64,000 nucleotides of DNA, taken from contig JAJEJB010000015.1 in assembly GCA_022828135.1 (NCBI GenBank), forward strand, positions 81,484 through 145,483, in the 5' to 3' direction. Positions 58,102 to 64,000 of this stretch are shown in pieces (position 1 is the stretch's first letter; the number at the start of each line of letters is the position of its first letter). The notes under the pieces were generated by a model. The model ran no database searches and was not told the origin of the DNA. It saw only the letters and a list, made by a program, of their open reading frames with translations. Source of the DNA: Acidimicrobiia bacterium. Lineage in GTDB: Bacteria > Actinomycetota > Acidimicrobiia > Acidimicrobiales > Aldehydirespiratoraceae. The position numbers and the translations under genes are program-made.

Positions 58102-58779
58102 GTGATGCTGGAATCGGTCGGCGTGGGCCAGGGGCTGGTCGTGGTGCACCTCTTCTGCGCCCGCACGCCCGACACCGACGACGCCGCGGTGCTCAACGCG
58201 GTGAAGGACGCCACCGAGACGGGCACCCAGGTGGTGACGGTGGCGGTGCTGGGCCACAAGGCCCAGCTGTGCTTCATGGGCCTTCACGCCGACGCCTGGG
58301 CGCTGCGCGACCTGCAGACCGGCCTGGTGCGGGCCGGCCTGGACATCGTGGACAGCTACGTGTCGATCACCGAGCTGTCCGAGTACGCCCTGGGACTGCC
58401 GGCGGAGATGGCTGACATGCGCCTGAATCCCAAGCTGCCCCCACCGGACAAGCCGGCCTGGTGCTTCTACCCGATGACCAAGCGGCGCAACGTCGGCCAG
58501 AACTGGTACGAGCTCTCCTTCGACGAGCGCAAGGAGCTGATGTACGAGCACGGCGCCTCGGGACGCAAGTTCGCGGGGCGCATCGTGCAGCTGGTGACCG
58601 CGTCCACCGGGCTCGACGACTGGGAGTGGGGCGTCACCCTCTTCGGAGAGGACATCGGCGCCCTCAAGGAGACCGTCTACACCATGCGCTACGACCGGGC
58701 CTCGGCCGCTTACGCGGAGTTCGGGCCGTTCGTGACCGGCCTGGTGGGACCGGCCGACGAGATCCTCGCCCGTGTCTGA
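58102..58779 (+). CDS. Chlorite-dismutase-family coproheme decarboxylase (HemQ/ChdC)
   Basis: Family sequence (WCFYPMTKRR, NWYELSFDERKELMYEHG, GLDDWEWGVTLF, YAEFGPF). Confidence 0.8.
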   Translation: MMLESVGVGQGLVVVHLFCARTPDTDDAAVLNAVKDATETGTQVVTVAVLGHKAQLCFMGLHADAWALRDLQTGLVRAGLDIVDSYVSITELSEYALGLPAEMADMRLNPKLPPPDKPAWCFYPMTKRRNVGQNWYELSFDERKELMYEHGASGRKFAGRIVQLVTASTGLDDWEWGVTLFGEDIGALKETVYTMRYDRASAAYAEFGPFVTGLVGPADEILARV

Positions 58780-59476
58780 ACCCTCCGGACGGCAGCTTCC
58801 ACCGGTGGGCGAGATCGACATCCTGCGCTGGGCCGAGAGCCTGGCCGGTATAGCCCAGACCGGCCTGGGCTTCACCGAGAGCCGCTACGAGCAGGAGCGC
58901 TTCGAGGAGGTGCTGGCAGTGGCCGCCGACATCCGGGCCCACAGTGCGGTCGGGATCGACGCGGACGAGCAGGTGCAGGACTGGCTCGGCGGCGTCGGCT
59001 CCGGCATCGCCGGATACGTCACGCCCAAGATCACCGTCGGTGCCATCGTCGGCGATGACGATGGCCGGATACTGCTTGTGCAGCGAGCCGACTCCGGCTG
59101 GTGGCTCTATCCCACCGGTTGGTCCGACGTGGGCTACTCGCCGTCGGAGGTCGCCGTCAAGGAGGTCCGCGAGGAGACCGGGATCGACTGCGAGGTAGTC
59201 CGCCCCATCGCCATCCTCGACGGGATGCGCCTCGGCTTCCACCGGGTGCCGCTGGTGTCGATCGTGTTCCACTGCCGCAGCCTGGGCGGGGATCTGAAGG
59301 CCCACCCGCTGGAGTGCTCAGACGTGGGCTTCTTCGCCGAGGGCGAGCTGCCCGAGCGCACCGCCCGCCCCGAGCTGTGGGCCCCGCACGCCTTCAGCGC
59401 CATCCGGGGCGAGCAGGTGGAAGTGCTCTTCGACCATCCCCGCAGTCCGCCTTGGCGGGGCGAGCCCGAAACCTGA
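58772..59476 (+). CDS. NUDIX hydrolase with a Nudix N-terminal helical domain
   Basis: Nudix box GWSDVGYSPSEVAVKEVREETGI. N-terminal GIAQTGLGFTESRYEQERFEEV. The GTG start overlaps the end of hemQ. Confidence 0.8.
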   Translation: MSEPSGRQLPPVGEIDILRWAESLAGIAQTGLGFTESRYEQERFEEVLAVAADIRAHSAVGIDADEQVQDWLGGVGSGIAGYVTPKITVGAIVGDDDGRILLVQRADSGWWLYPTGWSDVGYSPSEVAVKEVREETGIDCEVVRPIAILDGMRLGFHRVPLVSIVFHCRSLGGDLKAHPLECSDVGFFAEGELPERTARPELWAPHAFSAIRGEQVEVLFDHPRSPPWRGEPET

Positions 59477-59556
59477 GAGAGCGAGCTAGTTCTTCCCGCT
59501 CTTGTTCGCTGCGCTCACGGGCCGCTCGGGCCACGGCCTCGCAAGCTCGGCCTCTA
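59477..59556 (-). repeat. Dispersed repeat family, copy 4 (short form), filling the whole gap between convergent genes
   Basis: The core is at 59495-59541 (reverse complement). The left terminus TAGAGGCCGAGC contains the TAG stop of the PAC2 gene (59554-59556). Confidence 0.8.
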
Positions 59557-60447
59557 GCCGCCTTCGCGTAGGAACTTCTCGACCTCGGCCACCAGCCGGT
59601 CGGGGTCGTCGCTGAGGGAGATGTCGTCGCTGTCCTCATCCTGCCCCGCGTCCCAGGCTCTCTCGAGGCGGGCCACATACTCCGCGGTCTCATCGTCCTC
59701 GGCCACGATCCTGGTGATCTCCCGCTCGTAGGTCTTGGCCCGCTGCTCCAGATCGAAGGTCGGCACCGGCGCCTTCATCAGGGCACAAACCCGGTTGACC
59801 AGCGCCAGCGCAGCCTTGGGGGACGGCGCGGCCGGCATGTACGACGGCACCGCAGACCAGAACGACGCCGTGCGATAGCCGGCGTCGCGGCAGGCCGACG
59901 ACAGCACGCCCACGATCCCGGTGGGTCCCTCGTAGGTGGACGGCGTGAGGCCGAGCTCGGCTCGAAGCTCCTCGTCGTCGGTGGAGCCGTACACCTCCAC
60001 GTCGCGGCTGTGGGGCACCTCGGCGAGCAGCGCACCGAGAGTGACTATCCGCTCCACGCCCAGCATCCCGGCCAGAGAGATCAGCTGGTGGGTGAACGTC
60101 CGCCATCTCAGTTGCGGCTCCGTGCCGATCAGCACGACCGCGTCCGTGCCCGGGTCGTCCAGATGGGCCACCTGCACCTCGTTCACCGGCCATTTGATGC
60201 TCCGCGCTTTGCTCTCGTCCAGGTGAACGGTCGGACGGGCCGCTGTGAAGTCGAAGAAGGGCTCTGGATCTATCTCCGCCACCGGCACGCACCCCCAGCG
60301 ACCGGCCAGGTGACCGGCCGCGGTGGTGGCCGCGTCGCCGGCGTCGTTCCAGCCCTCGAAGGCCGCGATCAGGGTGGGGCGTTTCAGCTCGGGCCGCGGC
60401 CCGGACCACAAGACATGCTCTGGCTCGATTGACACGGGCGACACCAT
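59554..60447 (-). CDS. PAC2 (proteasome assembly chaperone 2-like) family protein
   Basis: The characteristic LIAAFEGWNDAGDAATTA motif and the typical size (297 aa). Confidence 0.8.
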   Translation of the reverse strand: MVSPVSIEPEHVLWSGPRPELKRPTLIAAFEGWNDAGDAATTAAGHLAGRWGCVPVAEIDPEPFFDFTAARPTVHLDESKARSIKWPVNEVQVAHLDDPGTDAVVLIGTEPQLRWRTFTHQLISLAGMLGVERIVTLGALLAEVPHSRDVEVYGSTDDEELRAELGLTPSTYEGPTGIVGVLSSACRDAGYRTASFWSAVPSYMPAAPSPKAALALVNRVCALMKAPVPTFDLEQRAKTYEREITRIVAEDDETAEYVARLERAWDAGQDEDSDDISLSDDPDRLVAEVEKFLREGG

Positions 60448-60469
60448 ACCGTCGCCGCGGCGGTGCCGA

Positions 60470-62431
60470 TCAGGCCAACTCGGGACGGTCGCGGAAGTGC
60501 TCCAGAGCCTCAGGGTTGGCCATCGCCGAGGTGTTTCGCACCGGGCGCCCGCAGATCACGTCCCGCACTGCGGTCTCGGTCATCTTGCCCGATCGGGTCC
60601 GGGGTATGTCGTCCACCGCGGCGATCACCGCGGGCACGTGGCGGGGAGACAACTCGGCGCGGATCCGGCTGCGGATCACGTCGCGAAGTTCGTCGGTCAG
60701 CTCGTGTCCGGACGACATCCTGACGAACAGCACGATGCGGGTGTCGGCCCCGTACGGCTGACCGACGGCGATGCTCTCGTCGACCTCCGGCATCGTGTCG
60801 ACCCGGCGGTAGATCTCGGCGGTGCCGATGCGCACCCCGCCGGGATTGAGCGTGGCGTCGGACCGGCCGGAGATCACGAACCCGCCCGACGGGGTCCGCG
60901 ACGCGAAGTCGCCGTGGTGCCAGACGCCCTCGATGCGCTCGAAGTATGCGGCCCGGTAGCGGGCTTCATCGGGGTCGTCCCAGAAGCGCAACGGCATCGA
61001 CGGGAACGGGCTGCGGCACACCAGCTCACCCTCCATGCCGGGCGGCAACGTCTCGCCCGAGTCGTCCACCACGTCTATGTCCATGGCCAGGCCGGGACGC
61101 TGGATCTCGCCCCGCCGGACCGGCGATGTCGGGTCACCGGCGACCAGGCAGCCGCACAGGTCGGTGCCTCCCGAGATCGACGCCAGGTGCACGTCGGCCT
61201 TGACGTTGCCGTACACCCAGTCGAACCCTTCGGCCACCAGTGTCGAGCCGGTCGACGTGATGGTGCGCAGCGACGACAGGTCGTGGGTGGCGGCCGGGCG
61301 GATTCCCGCGTTGCGGCAGGCGTCGACGAACTTCGCGGAAGTCCCGAAAAGGGTGATGCCCACCTCGTCGACTAGGTCGAACAGGCGCTCGGGGCCGGGA
61401 TGGGCGGGCGAGCCGTCGTATAGAACCGCGGCCGCGCCGCACGCCAGGGTCGAGGCGAGCCAGTTCCACATCATCCAGCCCGTGGTCGTGAAGTAGAACA
61501 CCCGGTCGCCGGGCCGCACGTCGCAGTGCAGCCGGTGCTCGGCCAGGTGCTTGACGAGCAGCCCTCCGGCCCGGTGCACGATGCACTTGGGCGGGCCGGT
61601 CGTGCCCGATGAGTACAGCACGTACCAGGGGTGGTCGCAGGGCAGCTCCCGGAACACCGCAGGGGTCGGCCCGGCTCCGAAACCGGCTCCGTAGCCGTCG
61701 AGCCAGCCCGGCTCGATCAGCACGGTGCGGCGCAGCGACGGCAGGCCGGCCGCGATGTCGGCCAGGCGCTCCGTGCAGTCGTGGCGGCGGCCGCCGTAGG
61801 GGTAGTCGGCGCAGGCGAACAGCACGGTGGGCGAGATCTGGCTGAAACGGTCGAGCACGCCCGTGGTGCCGAAGTCGGGCGATGTGGAGCTGAACACCGC
61901 GCCGAGGCCGGCCGCGGCCAGCATCACCGCATAGGCCTCGGGGCGGTTGGGCATCCAGGCCGCCACCCGGTCTCCGGGACCCACGCCCGCGTCGATCAGC
62001 AGCTGCTGGACCCGGCCAACCATGTCGTGCAGCTCGGTCCGGGTCAGCTCGATGGCTTCGCCGTCCTCGCTGCGGAAGACGATCGCGGTGTCCGTCGACG
62101 GCTCGCCCAGCAGGTTCCGGGCCACGTTGAGCCTGGCGTCGGGCAGGAACCGGGTGCGCCGCATCCGCTCGCCCGGGTCCGGGCACCGGCCCTCATCGGG
62201 CGACTCGACGAGGCGTTCGCCCCGGTCGCCCTCGACGCCGCACCAGTCCCACACTGAGGCCCAGAACTCGCCGCTGTGGTGCACCGACCACCGGTGCAGG
62301 CTGGCCCAGTCCGGCAGGTCCAGGCCGCGGCGCTCGTGCAGCCAGCCCCTGAAGCTCTCGAGGTTGGAACCGGCTATGCGCTGCGGCGAGGGCGTCCACA
62401 AGGGCGCGGCGGGGGCACCCGGACTGCTCAC
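60470..62431 (-). CDS. Acetoacetate--CoA ligase (acetoacetyl-CoA synthetase)
   Basis: N-terminal LWTPSP...FW...WDW region typical of AacS. YSSGTTGPPKC. C-terminal PRTRSGKMTE motif. The GTG start overlaps the stop of the upstream GNAT gene. Confidence 0.85.
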   Translation of the reverse strand: MSSPGAPAAPLWTPSPQRIAGSNLESFRGWLHERRGLDLPDWASLHRWSVHHSGEFWASVWDWCGVEGDRGERLVESPDEGRCPDPGERMRRTRFLPDARLNVARNLLGEPSTDTAIVFRSEDGEAIELTRTELHDMVGRVQQLLIDAGVGPGDRVAAWMPNRPEAYAVMLAAAGLGAVFSSTSPDFGTTGVLDRFSQISPTVLFACADYPYGGRRHDCTERLADIAAGLPSLRRTVLIEPGWLDGYGAGFGAGPTPAVFRELPCDHPWYVLYSSGTTGPPKCIVHRAGGLLVKHLAEHRLHCDVRPGDRVFYFTTTGWMMWNWLASTLACGAAAVLYDGSPAHPGPERLFDLVDEVGITLFGTSAKFVDACRNAGIRPAATHDLSSLRTITSTGSTLVAEGFDWVYGNVKADVHLASISGGTDLCGCLVAGDPTSPVRRGEIQRPGLAMDIDVVDDSGETLPPGMEGELVCRSPFPSMPLRFWDDPDEARYRAAYFERIEGVWHHGDFASRTPSGGFVISGRSDATLNPGGVRIGTAEIYRRVDTMPEVDESIAVGQPYGADTRIVLFVRMSSGHELTDELRDVIRSRIRAELSPRHVPAVIAAVDDIPRTRSGKMTETAVRDVICGRPVRNTSAMANPEALEHFRDRPELA

Positions 62432-62895
62432 AGCGTGTAGCGGTAGACGTTCGACTCTCGCTTCTCGAAGCCCATGCGGGCGTAGAGGCGGTTGGCCGCC
62501 TCCCGCGAGGGCCTGGAAGTGAGGTCGGTGCTGCGGGCACCCAGGCCTCGGGCCACCTCCAGCGCGGCCTCACTGAGGCGCTCGCCCACTCGCTGGCCCC
62601 GCAGTGTCTCGTCCACCACAACATCCTCGATGCGGGTACGCACGCCGGTGGGGATGCGGAAGGCGACCAGGGTCAGCGCGCCGACGATGCGGTCCCGCTG
62701 CCGGGCCACGAACAGCGTGGTGGCGGGCGAGGACACGATCTCCTCCAGCTCGGCCCGGCCGGGTGGAGGGTTCGACGAAGACAGCTGAGGGATGAGCCGC
62801 TGCATCGCCTCCACGAGTTCGTCAGTGACGGCGAGGCACTCGTGGACCTCGATCCCGGGTGCGGGAGCCGCGGTGTCGTCTGAGGGCGCGGTCAC
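62428..62895 (-). CDS. GNAT-family N-acetyltransferase
   Basis: Acetyl-CoA motif A LRGQRVGERLSEAALEVARGLGA. 155 aa with a GTG start. Confidence 0.8.
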   Translation of the reverse strand: MTAPSDDTAAPAPGIEVHECLAVTDELVEAMQRLIPQLSSSNPPPGRAELEEIVSSPATTLFVARQRDRIVGALTLVAFRIPTGVRTRIEDVVVDETLRGQRVGERLSEAALEVARGLGARSTDLTSRPSREAANRLYARMGFEKRESNVYRYTL

Positions 62896-62965
62896 AGCAG
62901 CGGAGGGTAGACGAAGCGCGCCGCCTCGACGCTGCCTGCGGGCGTCTCGGCGGTCAGGCGCGGTC

Positions 62966-64000
62966 TCATCGGGGGACGATGCGGGCGACGGTGCCGTTGA
63001 GCGACAGCGCGTAGAGCTCGCCGTCGGCGTCCTCGCCGAACGACGCGAGGGAGCCGCCGAACACTTCCGCTCCCAGGTCGCGGAACTCGACTTCGCCCCT
63101 GGAGATCTGCAGGGCCCACAGGCGCGACGTGCAGTAGTCGCCGAACACGTAGGCGCCGTAGAGGTCTTCGATGGCGCTGCCCCGGTACACGTACCCGCCG
63201 GTGACGCTGCAGCCGTCGTCCTGGCCGTACTCCCACACCGGGTCGGCGTGGTCGGGGGGCTCGTCGCCGGTGAAGCGGTGCAGGCCCTCGCGGAGGCGCC
63301 AGCCCAGATTGGCGCCGAGCCCGCCTCCGTTGGCCGCCAGCAGCACAGTCACCTCCTCGTAGGCGTCCTGGCCCACGTCGGCTATCCAGAAATCGCCGGT
63401 GGCCCGGTCGAACGAGAAGCGCCACGGGTTGCGCACGCCGGTGAGGAAGATCTCGGGCCGTCCCGTTCCGTCCTGGCTGGCTGCGAAGGGATTGCCGGCC
63501 GGCACGGCGTAGGGGTCAGCGGCGTCGGGCGTGGGCTCGATCCTCAGAACGGCCCCCAGCCAGGTGGTGGGGTCCTGGCCGGCATTGAGCGGGTCGCCTC
63601 CCGAGCCGCCGTCGCCGAAGGCCACGTAGAGGAACCCGTCGGGCCCGATGGCCAGGTCTCCGCCGTTGTGGTTGCTGAAGGGCTGGGCTTGGAACAGTAT
63701 CGTCCGCCGACGGCCGCTCAGGCCGGTGCCCTCGCGTTCGAAGGCATCGACCTGGGTGTGGCCCGCGAGGTCGGTGAAGTTCGCGTAGAGCCATCGGTCG
63801 GTCACCGCTATGCCGAGCAGGCCCTGCTCGCCGGTGGCTTCGGTCTCGGCGGCGATGTCCAGGATCGTCTCCACCACCGCGCCCCGCTCCAGGTCGACCC
63901 GCGACACGCGGCCTGCCCGCTCCGCGATCCACACAAGGTCGTCGCCGGGGGCCACCGCCATGTCGATCGGCTCGTCGAGGGTCAGCACGGTCTGAAGGGC
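62966..64000 (-). CDS. PQQ-dependent (soluble glucose/sorbosone dehydrogenase-type) sugar dehydrogenase, 5' end beyond the window
   Basis: Beta-propeller GSDH motifs (FSNHNGGDLAIGPDGFLYVAFGDGGSGGDP, GVRNPWRFSFD, GGYVYRG). The ORF is open to the window edge. Confidence 0.75.
   Translation of the reverse strand, partial: ALQTVLTLDEPIDMAVAPGDDLVWIAERAGRVSRVDLERGAVVETILDIAAETEATGEQGLLGIAVTDRWLYANFTDLAGHTQVDAFEREGTGLSGRRRTILFQAQPFSNHNGGDLAIGPDGFLYVAFGDGGSGGDPLNAGQDPTTWLGAVLRIEPTPDAADPYAVPAGNPFAASQDGTGRPEIFLTGVRNPWRFSFDRATGDFWIADVGQDAYEEVTVLLAANGGGLGANLGWRLREGLHRFTGDEPPDHADPVWEYGQDDGCSVTGGYVYRGSAIEDLYGAYVFGDYCTSRLWALQISRGEVEFRDLGAEVFGGSLASFGEDADGELYALSLNGTVARIVPR

Overview
This is a 64-kb window of a very high-GC (about 70%), gene-dense chromosome. 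The gene content looks actinobacterial: an AddAB/AdnAB-type helicase-nuclease pair, a stand-alone LigD polymerase, an F420-type luciferase-like oxidoreductase, HemQ/ChdC and a PAC2 protein. I support about 57 protein-coding genes.

Main gene content:
- Helicase-nuclease pair (1-6548).
- MarR regulator plus two PLP-fold enzymes.
- A lipid/CoA block: two acyl-CoA ligases, an enoyl-CoA hydratase, and a P450 translationally coupled to a PsuG/IndA-like gene.
- A DsbB(BdbC)-like plus TlpA-like thiol-disulfide pair.
- aroK-aroQ and a MatB-like ligase.
- A LivJ-type binding protein, and a separate FAH / TPP-enzyme / livHMGF run.
- glnS.
- A partial homoprotocatechuate meta-cleavage cluster (hpaE/F/G/H-like plus a succinate-semialdehyde dehydrogenase).
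- A cobalamin salvage/uptake operon behind a cobalamin riboswitch (binding protein, permease, ATPase, cobO, cobU, cobT, cobS).
- A GtrA / methyltransferase / lipoprotein-deacetylase operon.
- tesB, fdhD, hemQ, a Nudix hydrolase, a GNAT coupled to acetoacetyl-CoA synthetase, and a truncated PQQ-type sugar dehydrogenase.

I found no rRNA, tRNA, CRISPR array, transposase, integrase or prophage genes.

Most interesting non-genic signals:
1. A dispersed 80-135 nt repeat family with an essentially invariant 47-nt core, present 4 times. One copy sits in frame inside the LigD polymerase CDS. One is bracketed by a perfect 14-nt direct repeat that duplicates the end of a gene. One supplies a stop codon.
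2. A 20-nt duplication that creates a 16-codon mini-ORF. It bridges two genes with ATGA overlaps at both ends.
3. Two tandem conserved-stem hairpins inside the cob operon, whose pairing is perfect only on the transcribed strand.
4. An AT-rich perfect 15-nt inverted repeat in a divergent promoter region.
5. An orphan 440-aa protein with EF-hand-like repeats and a pre-toxin-TG-like segment behind an AT-rich island.

Caveats:
- Many long ORFs in the six-frame track are high-GC shadow ORFs or N-terminal over-extensions. Start codons were re-chosen by hand and are uncertain.
- Small-feature coordinates were hand-indexed and may be off by 1-2 nt. At two places (near 8521-8580 and 62401-62460) my indexing disagreed by 1 nt with the ORF track.
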